Shown here piece after piece: positions 10,708-20,513 of a DNA stretch of 64,000 bases. The stretch spans positions 62,001-126,000 of the forward strand of contig NZ_LSUQ01000002.1 of the NCBI RefSeq assembly GCF_001642725.1. The letters run 5' to 3'. Source of the stretch: Ferroacidibacillus organovorans (GTDB lineage Bacteria > Bacillota > Bacilli > Alicyclobacillales > SLC66). Made by a program: the position numbers and the translations under genes. Each line of letters begins with the position of its first letter. The stretch's first letter is position 1. The notes below the pieces were generated by a model that was given only the letters and a program-made list of their open reading frames with translations, did not search any database and was not told the DNA's origin.

Positions 10708-10721
10708 GTAAAGCGTTTTCA
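10708..10721 (-). promoter_or_regulatory. cre (CcpA-binding) site
   Basis: TGAAAACGCTTTAC on the minus strand, close to the cre consensus; upstream of the sugar-binding protein gene. Confidence 0.6.
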
Positions 10722-11711
10722 ACCGCGCTCCATATAACCGATACGCATCATCAAATCCGTTTCATAGTTGCCAAACTGCCGACCAAAAAGGTTAATACCT
10801 CCCTCATTGAGCGCACCGGGCTTAACACCGATCCGCACTGGGATAAACGGAGATTTGTTTAAGTTCAAATCGGAGAGTGTGACTTCAGAGATTTGCCGAC
10901 CGTCAATAAATGAGCCTGTTTCTGCGACACGCCAAGTCTTCAAAAGGCCAAACTGAGTGTGGTGAACCCCCCACCAGTCAGGCGTCAAGTACCCACGCTC
11001 ACCACCAAAATCCCCAGGACTGGTCCACGTGCCAATCTCGCAATCATTGATCCAGACGGTAATATCGGATGGCCAATCATTATTGAATAGGGGGGCCTCA
11101 GAACAAATTTCCATCGTCAGCTCAATGCTTTGTAATTTTGCGTTGCCGGGTATGCGATTCGGGAATCGATACTCGACATACCCTGTTTTAAACCACAAAA
11201 GCTGTGCTGAACTGCGCTCCGGTTCATAGAATGACGCTGGATGATCCAGTTCTCCTATGATTCCAGTCGCACTCACCATTCCGCAGGTAGGGGTTACACT
11301 GCAATCCACAAACTGTCCCACAGGCATGAGAATCTCAATGCAATTCGCGTCCGTTTTGACGGGTTCCCCCGCATCCAAGATGATCCGGTTAATCACCGCG
11401 GCGCATAACTTTTGAGTTCCGCGCGTTCCCGGTACCATCTCCGTGATGATCAAGCCAGCATCTTCTAGTTTTTTGATATTGACAGCCGCCGTCGACACAG
11501 GCAGTTCAAAACGTTCCGCGATTTCTGCAACATTCATTGGCCCTTGAAGGAGTTGGCGAAACATATCCATGCGCAACTGGGTAGAAAGCGCGCGAGCAAT
11601 GATCAAGAAATCATCAAAACTAGCGCTCAAAACGCGGTTTACAGACAGTTTATCAGAGCGGTCCAGCATCATCTGCGCGATGGATTGCTCACTCCTATTC
11701 CTATAACACAT
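10719..11711 (-). CDS. ArsR-like HTH transcriptional regulator of the sugar locus
   Basis: ARALSTQLR...MNVAEIAERFELPVST HTH; C-terminal WTSPGDFG..RG.LTP.WW; true start possibly about 11672. Confidence 0.85.
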   Translation of the reverse strand: MCYRNRSEQSIAQMMLDRSDKLSVNRVLSASFDDFLIIARALSTQLRMDMFRQLLQGPMNVAEIAERFELPVSTAAVNIKKLEDAGLIITEMVPGTRGTQKLCAAVINRIILDAGEPVKTDANCIEILMPVGQFVDCSVTPTCGMVSATGIIGELDHPASFYEPERSSAQLLWFKTGYVEYRFPNRIPGNAKLQSIELTMEICSEAPLFNNDWPSDITVWINDCEIGTWTSPGDFGGERGYLTPDWWGVHHTQFGLLKTWRVAETGSFIDGRQISEVTLSDLNLNKSPFIPVRIGVKPGALNEGGINLFGRQFGNYETDLMMRIGYMERG

Positions 11712-11736
11712 TTTATTTGTTACGATAAAAACGGTA

Positions 11737-11750
11737 TGAAAGCGACTTCA
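11737..11750. promoter_or_regulatory. cre-like site upstream of the regulator
   Basis: TGAAAGCGACTTCA. Confidence 0.45.
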
Positions 11751-12220
11751 TCCTAACATCGCAACAGAGAACAAGTCAATAGATTTGCACTAGTTTGCGT
11801 AAAATGTTTGTTGATCCTTCATCGCCTTGCAGAGGCAAGATAGAATTAGGTCGTATGTAAGATTTGACCCAACTTACAAACCTATATGAAGTTCGCGGAT
11901 GAACGGAAGAAGTCCTGACCCGATTGTGGAAATGAATGCGCGACGAAGAAATGGATGTATTGTGCTCTCTACGCGGGCGAACTTTTCGCGGCTAACTGGC
12001 GAACGCGATCATCCCATTGTCAATATATCGGAGTATGTCGTCAAATCAGAAGATACGATCCTCGTCAACGATCACGAGAATAAATTTCTGACACATACGG
12101 GACTATGAGCTAATCGGCATATCAAAGATCGTGGGGTGATCTATGAACGCCTTGAAATTCTCGCGTTAAATCCATGATTGTTTTTAGCATAGTCATCGAT
12201 ATTTTCAGGTTTATAAAAAT

Positions 12221-12252
12221 AAAAACCACGAGTAAACGATTTCGTGGTTTTT
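12221..12252. terminator. Intrinsic terminator (likely bidirectional)
   Basis: AAAAACCACGA...TCGTGGTTTTT inverted repeat. Confidence 0.7.
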
Positions 12253-12321
12253 CTGGGCCAGTGTGAATCGTAAAGTGCATATTTACAATTTTTCACTGCG
12301 AGATTCCCCTTCTACTTACCT

Positions 12322-13077
12322 TTATGCGAGTTGCGTAATAACGAGGTGTGCTGAAACAGGCCTTGTCCCTCCAGCGAGAGGAGTGATCGTTAGTGCCGTT
12401 GAATTGCCAGCAGGATTTCGTACAGTGAGTATTGAGTTGGTGACTGTCGTCTGCACAAGAGTCATTTCTACAATTTGAGAAGTACCCGTTGCTCGCCCAA
12501 CCACCGTATAGGCCAGATCAGCGCCATTGAGAGTTAGGATCAATTGCCCCGCTTCAGATACACTCACCTGAAATAAAATTTGATAAGTGCCAATCGCAGA
12601 CAAGTTAAATGTGCTAGGACCAGTGCGGGCAATCGTGGTTCCACTCGTGGGCCCATTTTGCGGAAAACTCACATCTGTACCAGGCGCAACGGTTGCTGCA
12701 TTATCCGGTGGCATCAATGCATAAAAGTCTGCGAAGCTTAACACTCTTCCTGTTGCTCCCGTAGCGCCTGTTGCTCCCGTAGCGCCTGTTGCTCCCCCAG
12801 AAGGCCCTGTTGCCCCCGTGGCGCCTGTTGCCCCCGTAGCGCCTGTTGCCCCCGTAGCGCCTGTCGCTCCAACTGGACCAACTGGTCCAGTTGGTCCTCT
12901 GATTCCTTTTACGATGACCTTAACTTCTTGCTTTACTACACACGGACAATTCCTATGTCCACAATGATACATACGTTCCTTTTTGCATCGGCAAATCCTG
13001 TATCCGCAACGATTGCAGCGTTCCTTTTTGCATCGGCAAATCCTGTATCCGCAACGATTGCAGCATTCAGAAGACAT
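12322..13077 (-). CDS. Collagen-like spore-surface protein (BclA/BclB-like) with Cys-rich N-terminus
   Basis: (GAT)n/GPT triplets; C-terminal beta domain [19 protein letters not shown]...SAHLVITQL. Confidence 0.85.
   Translation of the reverse strand: MSSECCNRCGYRICRCKKERCNRCGYRICRCKKERMYHCGHRNCPCVVKQEVKVIVKGIRGPTGPVGPVGATGATGATGATGATGATGATGPSGGATGATGATGATGATGRVLSFADFYALMPPDNAATVAPGTDVSFPQNGPTSGTTIARTGPSTFNLSAIGTYQILFQVSVSEAGQLILTLNGADLAYTVVGRATGTSQIVEMTLVQTTVTNSILTVRNPAGNSTALTITPLAGGTRPVSAHLVITQLA
12750..12870. repeat. 18-bp tandem repeats encoding GATGAT collagen triplets
   Basis: Repeated TGTTGC(T/C)CCCGT(A/G)GCGCC units. Confidence 0.85.
12974..13063. repeat. Exact 45-bp tandem duplication encoding [15 protein letters not shown] twice
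   Basis: CGTTCCTTTTTGCATCGGCAAATCCTGTATCCGCAACGATTGCAG at 12974 and 13019. Confidence 0.92.
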
Positions 13078-13263
13078 AAATCTACCCCTCTCATTTGAAT
13101 GCTATAGTGATATGGGGCATTTTCAAATGTGAAACGGCATTTGTCCTATGCGTATGTCTAGTGAAAATCGACATGGCTTGTGGATTGGCTCTATGAGTGA
13201 CATCTAAAAGGAGTATGGAATATGAAATAAGGAGATGAATATAAAGAATTGCGAGGTGCTCAG

Positions 13264-14337
13264 ATGATTACGATCAGCCTCTGTATGATTGTAAAGAACG
13301 AGTCACAAGTCATATGCCGATGCCTGGACTCTGCGAAGGACATCGTAGATGAAATCATACTTGTTGATACAGGTTCTACCGACCATACCAAAACAATTCT
13401 CATGCGATACACTCCCAACGTTTTCGATTTTGAATGGATAAATAACTTTGCATCTGCCCGAAATTTTGCATTCAGCCATGCAACGATGAACTACATCTTG
13501 TGGATCGATGCAGATGATGTATTGCTGGAACCAGACAGACAAAAATTCCTCCAGTTGAAACACACCCTTGATCCCTCTGTCGATGCAGTCTCTATGCATT
13601 ATCATCTAGCATTTGATGCAGATGGAGATGTCACTTCCAGTTTACGTCGTAATCGTTTGGTGAAACGACTTAAGGAATTTCAATGGCATGGCGCTGTACA
13701 CGAGTATTTAGCCGTGGATGGTCATATTCTCAACAGTGACATCGCCATCACTCACCAACCAATAAAACACGACTCCGAACGTAACCTTCGCATCTATGAA
13801 CAACGATTGGCCGCAGGTGAGACATTTACCCCGCGCGACCTTTTTTATTACGCAAATGAGTGTCTTGATCACCAAAACTATGTACAGGCTATAAAATATT
13901 ACTTAATTTTTCTAGATTCAAAACAAGGGTGGATTGAAGATTGCATTTCAGCGTGCGCAAAATTAGCAGATTGCTATACTCATTTAGGGGATTATGAACT
14001 AGCACAAAACTATACACTAAAATCATTCGAGTATGATCTTCCACGTGCAGAATTTTGCTGTCGACTTGGATATAGATTTATGCAGAAATCCGAATGGCAG
14101 AAAGCAATTTTCTGGTATAAACTCGCCACCCAGCTTAAAAAACCAAAAGACAGTTGGGGATTTTTCATCGAGTGCTGCTGGACGTGGCTCCCCCATTTAC
14201 AGCTCTGTGTTTGCTATGATCAACTAGGTGAATACAAACTCGCCTATGAACATAACGAAATCGCGCACAACTATCGACCAATGGATGAAAAAATGCTTTA
14301 CAACAAAACATATCTAGAGTCTGTGATCAACCAATAG
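13264..14337 (+). CDS. GT2 glycosyltransferase with C-terminal TPR repeats
   Basis: ISLCMIVKNE, VDTGSTD, FASARN, WIDADD, WHGAVHE; ATG 13264 after GAGGTG. Confidence 0.92.
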   Translation: MITISLCMIVKNESQVICRCLDSAKDIVDEIILVDTGSTDHTKTILMRYTPNVFDFEWINNFASARNFAFSHATMNYILWIDADDVLLEPDRQKFLQLKHTLDPSVDAVSMHYHLAFDADGDVTSSLRRNRLVKRLKEFQWHGAVHEYLAVDGHILNSDIAITHQPIKHDSERNLRIYEQRLAAGETFTPRDLFYYANECLDHQNYVQAIKYYLIFLDSKQGWIEDCISACAKLADCYTHLGDYELAQNYTLKSFEYDLPRAEFCCRLGYRFMQKSEWQKAIFWYKLATQLKKPKDSWGFFIECCWTWLPHLQLCVCYDQLGEYKLAYEHNEIAHNYRPMDEKMLYNKTYLESVINQ

Positions 14338-14425
14338 GCACCATTGATGTTCTCTTATTTATTTTTTGTATTGTTATGAATATAATTGATACAACACGCA
14401 AGCATAAACCAAAGGGGGGACGATA

Positions 14426-15775
14426 ATGCAAAAAATAAAACCAAACGGATTAAAGCAAGTACTTGGAATGAAGCAAGTGCTCGCCATCGCGATCGCAGCG
14501 ATTTCTCCAACAACCTCCATTTTCCTTGTCTATGGAGCGGGCCTCTCATCTGCTGGAACGGGTGTATTCTGGGCATTCTTAATCGGCGCGTGCATCGCGA
14601 TCTCCATGGCGTTTTGTTACGCTGAATTAGGCTCTGTGTTTCCTGGTGCGGGTGGAGCGTACACCATCGTATACCGTTCATTAGGGAAACCATTCGGTTT
14701 CATTACAGCACTTCTCTTTCTTGTTCTTGGAGTCGTCATTACGGCAAGTATACTCGTGGCTGCCGCAACCTATTTAAATTCACTGGTTCCCTCCATCCCT
14801 GTTAACTGGGCCGCTGTCGTCATGATGATTCTTGTGACGTGGTTCTCACTAGAACGAATAGGCGCAACGAGTTGGGTCGCTATGGTCATGCTGATCGTTG
14901 AACTCGTCGTCATCTTTGTCTTCATCATCATGACGTTCGTACATTCCCATCATCCTATTTCCTTCATTCTGACCCCTACTACGGTAAATGCCCACAATCA
15001 TTATGAAGGAGTCGGCATAACTGGACTGCTCGCGGCTGTTGTACCGGCACTCTTCGCATTCAACGGATATGACTGGCCGCTCTACTTCGCCGAAGAAACG
15101 CGAGAACCGCGCAGAGTTCTTCCGCGCGCCGTCATGACTGCAGTCCTTGCATCCATCGTGATCGAAGTGCTCGCCGTCACATCCGCAACTCTCGCCATTC
15201 CTAGTCTCCCATACGCCATCTCATCAAGCGCGCCACTCACATACATTGCCCAGTCAAGCGCTGGTCACATCGGCGCAACCATTCTCATCATCGGGGTCAT
15301 CATCGCCATGTTTGACACCGGGCTCAGCGGCAACCTCGCCTACGCCCGAATCTATCTCGACACAGCCCGAGACAAGAGTTGGCCGACTCCCATTAACCGT
15401 TTATTTTCAAGCATCAACCGTCACAATGTACCAAAATGGGGATTCGTTTTTCTTGGAGCAGGAAACGTCATCCTCTGCTACTTTACATCACTCAATAACC
15501 TCATCACCTTTACAGGAGTCATGATCGTCGTCATTTACCTGCTCATCGCTCTTTCCGCCATAGTCAATCGACTCAAGAATCGAGCTTCAAATCCGTCCTT
15601 TCGCATGCCATTGTGGCCGTTTCCACCGATCATCGCGATCGGTGGGGTCATCCTCGCTCTCACTCAGCAGGCAATGGGAGATTTGATCAAGACAGCTGCA
15701 ATTGTGCTCGTGGCCGTTGTATACTGGTTTGCTTACCTAAGAATGAAAAAAGTGGACGAATCCCCCTGTCCCTAG
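14426..15775 (+). CDS. APC-family amino acid/polyamine permease
   Basis: YAELGSVFPGAGGAY, FAEETREPRR; about 12 transmembrane helices. Confidence 0.9.
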   Translation: MQKIKPNGLKQVLGMKQVLAIAIAAISPTTSIFLVYGAGLSSAGTGVFWAFLIGACIAISMAFCYAELGSVFPGAGGAYTIVYRSLGKPFGFITALLFLVLGVVITASILVAAATYLNSLVPSIPVNWAAVVMMILVTWFSLERIGATSWVAMVMLIVELVVIFVFIIMTFVHSHHPISFILTPTTVNAHNHYEGVGITGLLAAVVPALFAFNGYDWPLYFAEETREPRRVLPRAVMTAVLASIVIEVLAVTSATLAIPSLPYAISSSAPLTYIAQSSAGHIGATILIIGVIIAMFDTGLSGNLAYARIYLDTARDKSWPTPINRLFSSINRHNVPKWGFVFLGAGNVILCYFTSLNNLITFTGVMIVVIYLLIALSAIVNRLKNRASNPSFRMPLWPFPPIIAIGGVILALTQQAMGDLIKTAAIVLVAVVYWFAYLRMKKVDESPCP

Positions 15776-15895
15776 TTCATAAACTATTTTTGTATGAGAT
15801 AGACGAACGGAGAGGATTCTTTTTTAGAAAACGCCTCATACATTGAATTTGGAATTCCTGCAGGAATCCGATCATTCAATGGGGAGTGTGTCGAT

Positions 15896-16693
15896 TTGAA
15901 GAAATTGGCTTTAGGTTCTCTGGCAGTTCTCGCAACCAGTTTGTGCTTGACATCCGTATCCTTCGCGAGCACAGCGGGCCCTACCCGTGCAATTTCCCAT
16001 GCACCGCGAATCTCGCTGCGGTTGCCAAAAGCTACAAAAAGCAGCACAACGAGCTTTGGATGGGCGTCAAGCAACTGGTCGGGCTACGCGATTACCGGCG
16101 GACCTTACAACAGCATCACGGGGTCCTGGACCGTTCCAACGGTTCAACCAAGTTCCAGATCAACGTACTCCTCAAGCTGGATTGGCATTGACGGCTTTAA
16201 CAACAGCAGCCTGATTCAAACAGGAACCGAGCAAGACTATTACAACGGGAAAGCTCACTACAACGCCTGGTGGGAAATCCTGCCTGCGGCGGAAACGGTG
16301 ATCACCCCATCCTCCTATCCCGTTAATCCGGGGGATCAAATGTACGCTGACATTCAAAATCTAGGCGGGGGAACCTGGTCGATCGAGATTCAAGACAAAA
16401 CCCAAGGGTGGACGTTTACGACAAATCAGGCGTATTCAGGTCCGCAAACGTCGGCGGAGTGGATTCAAGAAGCGCCAACGGTTGGTGGTACTGTGGCGAA
16501 ACTCGCCAACTATGGGCAGACCACGTTTAATCCAGGTACGGTAAACGGTGTCAATCCAGGTTTGGTAACAGCAGACGGCGGTGTCATGATTCAGCACAAC
16601 ATCCAAGTCTCAACACCATCCGTGCCCGACAGCGACACAGACGGTTTTAACGTTGCCTATGGGTCGACATCTCCAGCGGCGCCCGCTTCTTAA
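15896..16693 (+). CDS. Secreted G1 (eqolisin/scytalidoglutamic) peptidase, PepG1-like
   Basis: Signal and propeptide, SSNWSGY, WIGIDG, LIQTGT (catalytic Q), AEWIQEAP (catalytic E). Confidence 0.9.
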   Translation: MKKLALGSLAVLATSLCLTSVSFASTAGPTRAISHAPRISLRLPKATKSSTTSFGWASSNWSGYAITGGPYNSITGSWTVPTVQPSSRSTYSSSWIGIDGFNNSSLIQTGTEQDYYNGKAHYNAWWEILPAAETVITPSSYPVNPGDQMYADIQNLGGGTWSIEIQDKTQGWTFTTNQAYSGPQTSAEWIQEAPTVGGTVAKLANYGQTTFNPGTVNGVNPGLVTADGGVMIQHNIQVSTPSVPDSDTDGFNVAYGSTSPAAPAS

Positions 16694-16706
16694 ACGATTG
16701 AAAACG

Positions 16707-16749
16707 AAGACCACCTCGCCGCACACCGTTCGCGGGCGGGGTGGTCTTC
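16707..16749. terminator. Hairpin between convergent genes
   Basis: GAAGACCACC...GGTGGTCTTC inverted repeat. Confidence 0.6.
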
Positions 16750-16771
16750 CCGCTTCTGCTGCGCGCTGCCC

Positions 16772-17632
16772 TCAACCATTTACAATCACACCGCCGTTGA
16801 TGTGCAGCACCTGACCTGACATATACGATGAATCATCCGACGCCAAATACACATAGGCGGCCGCCAATTCATACGGCTGACCCGCACGCTTCATCGGCGT
16901 ATCTGTCCCAAACTGGGCGACATCCTGCTCCGTGAACGTTGACGGAATGAGTGGCGTCCAAATCGGGCCTGGCGCCACCGCATTCACGCGTATGCCAGCG
17001 CAAACGAGCGACTCCGAAAGCGAGCGCGTAAATGAGACGATCGCTCCTTTGGTCGATGAATAATCAAGAAGGTCCTTGTGGCCCTTATACGCAGTAATCG
17101 ATGTCGTGTTGATGATGGCGCTACCCGGTTTCAGGTGCGGAAGTGCCGCTTGCGTCATGAAAAAGAAGGAAAAAATGTTCGTGCGAAACGTGCGCTCCAA
17201 TTGCTTTTCTGTAATGTCCAAGATGCTCTTTTGAGGATGCTGCTCTGCAGAATTATTGACGAGAATATCGAGGCGGCCGAATGCTGTCACTGTATTTTCG
17301 ATCACCTTTTTGCAAAATTCTACGTCCCCAAGATCGCCTGCCATTAGAATGCAACGTCTCCCAAGCGATTCGACGCGCTCCTTTACAAATTTGGCGTCAT
17401 CGTTTTCATTAAAATAGACGATCACAAGATCCGCTTCCTCTTTGGCGTACGCCACCGCCACAGCGCGACCAATTCCGCTGTCACCACCTGTAATCAATGC
17501 GACTTTTCCTTGCAACTTTCCAGTTTGATGCCAAGCACGCTCAAACTGCGGAAGTGGCGTCATCTCCGACTCGATGCCAGGTTGCTGATTCTGATGTTGA
17601 GGGGGAAACGCGTTTTGTGATTGATTCTCCAT
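16772..17632 (-). CDS. SDR oxidoreductase (YhdF/YdaD general-stress type)
   Basis: PPQHQNQQPG, ITGGDSGIGRA, DYSSTKGA, PGPIWTPLIP. Confidence 0.92.
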   Translation of the reverse strand: MENQSQNAFPPQHQNQQPGIESEMTPLPQFERAWHQTGKLQGKVALITGGDSGIGRAVAVAYAKEEADLVIVYFNENDDAKFVKERVESLGRRCILMAGDLGDVEFCKKVIENTVTAFGRLDILVNNSAEQHPQKSILDITEKQLERTFRTNIFSFFFMTQAALPHLKPGSAIINTTSITAYKGHKDLLDYSSTKGAIVSFTRSLSESLVCAGIRVNAVAPGPIWTPLIPSTFTEQDVAQFGTDTPMKRAGQPYELAAAYVYLASDDSSYMSGQVLHINGGVIVNG

Positions 17633-17817
17633 AGGGACAAATCCAACTCCTCGTGACCATTTACAGGTAACTTAACCGAATGCGACATTCCACATCCCAT
17701 CTCTCCCCTTTTCTAAAGAAGGTCGCTACCGCAATCGATTGCTCGATCAAGTTGAGAGATTGCGCCGTATCCTGTATCGTGAACATGTAAATCGCATGAT
17801 ACAGGAAGGGATCCTTC

Positions 17818-18081
17818 ATGATTTTTGGATTCGGCTTTGGCAATCCGCTCGTCAGTTTGCTCATGCTCGTTGGAACCAGTTTGCTCAGCTATCTCATTTA
17901 TCGCGCCACGCAGAAAAACAACCGTGAGCGAAGTCGCCCCACGCGCGCCGAATTGCGCAATTTTTATTATGAGCAGCGAAGACGCGCCAGGGAGTTATCT
18001 ACAGAGTTCGACCTTACCGATGATGAGATCGAACAAAAATTGGATCGCGAGATTGGACCGCCCGCTCCCCCTCGCGGCTAG
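17818..18081 (+). CDS. Small hypothetical membrane-anchored protein
   Basis: GGAAGGGA RBS, N-terminal transmembrane helix, charged tail. Confidence 0.6.
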   Translation: MIFGFGFGNPLVSLLMLVGTSLLSYLIYRATQKNNRERSRPTRAELRNFYYEQRRRARELSTEFDLTDDEIEQKLDREIGPPAPPRG

Positions 18082-18159
18082 CCCTTTCCGCTAGACTCAT
18101 GTTCACACTCCCATCATGTAAACTTCACGGTTCGCGCAGGTCCGAAAGGAAGTCATCCC

Positions 18160-19596
18160 GTGTCCATGCTCACGCCCACAAGCGCTCCACAACAAGACAA
18201 AAAACGCTGGCTCATTCTGATTTCCGTCGGATTAGCCACGCTGCTCTCGAGCCTGAACAACAGCATCGTCAACACCATTCTCCCCTTGATCGGAAAAGAG
18301 CTTCACATCTCGCTCGGAGAATCGGAGTGGATCGTTCTCATCTATCTCCTTGTCCTCAGCTTGCTCTTATTGCCGATGGGTAGATTTTCGGATCTGCTCG
18401 GTCGCAGACGCATCTTCCTGTTCGGATTTGTCAGTTTCATCGTCGCATCCGCCATCTGCGGTCTCGCACCCTCTTACGGGCTCTTGGTTGTCGGACGCGG
18501 TCTGCTCGGCATCGCAGGCGCCATGCTGTTATCGGTTGGCCCGGCACTGCTCACCACGACATTCCCGCCCGAGCAAAGGGGCCAAGCGCTCGGACTTCAA
18601 GCCTTGATGACCTATCTCGGACTAGCGCTCGGCCCTGGCGTGGGAGGATGGCTCGCCGATACGCTCGGTTGGCATTCCGTATTCTACAGCGCCATTCCCG
18701 TTGCGCTCATCGCGCTCACACTTGCCCTTCTCTCCATCCCGCGACAGACGCGCGGCAATCAGGCCATCCCAGCGTGGCCAAACACACTCAGCTTCATGGT
18801 TTCGATCAGCGCGCTCGTCATCCTGCTCAATCCAGGTGTCATCCACGCACACAAGCTACTGTTCTTGATCGCTTTTTTCATCCTTCTCGTCATTGCGGGT
18901 GGTTTGTTCGTCATCCTGCAAAGAACATCCACTCGTCCACTGATCGATCTGCGACTGTTTCACGTCCGCAATTTCCGGTACGGAAACACGGCTACGATCC
19001 TCAACTATTTGTGCTTTTTTCTCGCACTCTTTTTGCTGCCATTCTATATGACCGAAGTACTCGCTTTCTCAGCCACACAAATTGGCCTGTGGTTAACCCT
19101 CATGCCCATTCTCATGATGATCAGCGCACCTCTCGCCGGCGCCTGGTCAGACAAAATCGGATCACGCGTACTCGCCTCCGCCGGAATGATCTGCAGCACA
19201 CTCGGACTGCTCGCATTCGCCCTACTCGGCATCCTAGCGCCGCATACCATGCTGAATCGAATCGATCTTGCGCTCGGTCTCACCCTCTCAGGACTTGGCA
19301 CAGGTCTGTTCGCCGCGCCTAACAATGCGGCGATTCTGCGCTCTGCCCCTCAGGCACAACAAGGCATGGCGTCAGGTACGCTCGCAACATGCCGCTATCT
19401 CGGCATGATGGGTGGAATCACCGTTGGCGGGTCGCTCTTTGACGCAATTGACCTGTACCTAAACGGCACAGGCCAATCGTTTGCGAATTCATTTTTGCAC
19501 GCTTTCATCATCGTCATGGGCATCGGCGCGCTCTTTGGCATTTTGGGCTGGATCGCAAGCATGATGATGCGTGAACCAACCGCGCAGCCTCGTTAA
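18160..19596 (+). CDS. MFS DHA2 (EmrB/QacA) efflux transporter
   Basis: GRFSDLLGRRR, LGPGVGGWL, PLIDLRLF, FAAPNN; about 14 transmembrane helices. Confidence 0.92.
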   Translation: MSMLTPTSAPQQDKKRWLILISVGLATLLSSLNNSIVNTILPLIGKELHISLGESEWIVLIYLLVLSLLLLPMGRFSDLLGRRRIFLFGFVSFIVASAICGLAPSYGLLVVGRGLLGIAGAMLLSVGPALLTTTFPPEQRGQALGLQALMTYLGLALGPGVGGWLADTLGWHSVFYSAIPVALIALTLALLSIPRQTRGNQAIPAWPNTLSFMVSISALVILLNPGVIHAHKLLFLIAFFILLVIAGGLFVILQRTSTRPLIDLRLFHVRNFRYGNTATILNYLCFFLALFLLPFYMTEVLAFSATQIGLWLTLMPILMMISAPLAGAWSDKIGSRVLASAGMICSTLGLLAFALLGILAPHTMLNRIDLALGLTLSGLGTGLFAAPNNAAILRSAPQAQQGMASGTLATCRYLGMMGGITVGGSLFDAIDLYLNGTGQSFANSFLHAFIIVMGIGALFGILGWIASMMMREPTAQPR

Positions 19597-20513
19597 CGCA
19601 GTGCGCCGTGCGCCAACATGGCGTGAACGCCCTTAACACCATTCACGATTTGTGTGACCTGCAAATCGACAACCAAGCTCGCCAGTGCCAAAGCTTCGGC
19701 GCGACTGTAGCCGAACTGCTCTTGCATCAGATCGAGCATCCCATCGAGTGCCATCATCGTCGCCTCGTTCAGATCTTCGTGAAACCCAAACGAGATCCAG
19801 TGCGTCGGCGTCTTTGCGCGCGGCATCGACAGTCGCATCTCATCATGCACGATAAACGTCAAATCAACCTCGTCCATCGGGCACTCCAGCGCCGGCACCG
19901 CCACCTCGCCATTCCCCTGCACGCCGTGCCCATCTCCGACGGAAAAGAGTCCTCCGGCGACCGCAATCGGGAGAAACAAAGAACTGCCCGCGATCAACTC
20001 CTTGCAATCGATATTTCCACCGCAAAAACGGGGCGGATGCGTTGGATGCTTCCCCACCTCTGCCGGTGGCATCCCCATAAGCCCCATAAAAGGGCGCAGC
20101 GCCACCCTGTGACCAAACTGACTTGTCGCCATCATCCGCTCCGGGTCAATCGTCCAGTTCAAGAGGCACGTCGCAGCGTCTACAAGCCCTAAGCGACGAT
20201 TGACAGGGTGATCAAATCCGCCAGCACGTGTATACCCCCACAGCCCCGGCCGGATATGATTGACGCGCACCTCAAGCGTTTTTCCAGGCTCAGCGCCCTC
20301 AATCGCCACAGGCCCGCACAGCGCGTGACCTAGTTCATTTGGTTCAAAGCGCCGACGCGTCCCATCTTCCGAAAATGGTTCAAGTCCGAAACCCGCATCA
20401 AGCGTCTTAAACCGTACCGTGTCGCCTGACGAAATCGTTAAAACAGGCGGAAGATCCACCGAAAAATGCCCGTGCACCGTGCCCTGCTTTGGTTCGAGCG
20501 TGTGAATGGTCAT
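19593..20513 (-). CDS. Acetamidase/formamidase family protein
   Basis: HALCGPVAIEGAEPG, GGNIDC, SVGDGHGVQGNGEV; ATG 20513 overlaps gabT stop (ATGA). Confidence 0.9.
   Translation of the reverse strand: MTIHTLEPKQGTVHGHFSVDLPPVLTISSGDTVRFKTLDAGFGLEPFSEDGTRRRFEPNELGHALCGPVAIEGAEPGKTLEVRVNHIRPGLWGYTRAGGFDHPVNRRLGLVDAATCLLNWTIDPERMMATSQFGHRVALRPFMGLMGMPPAEVGKHPTHPPRFCGGNIDCKELIAGSSLFLPIAVAGGLFSVGDGHGVQGNGEVAVPALECPMDEVDLTFIVHDEMRLSMPRAKTPTHWISFGFHEDLNEATMMALDGMLDLMQEQFGYSRAEALALASLVVDLQVTQIVNGVKGVHAMLAHGALR

Noticed and set aside
11899..12177. 69-aa ORF and its continuation past a stop
   Set aside because: No clear RBS or recognisable motif; could be a remnant but cannot be supported
12750..13063. 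Tandem repeats as a CRISPR array
   Set aside because: No spacers; the repeats are in-frame coding repeats
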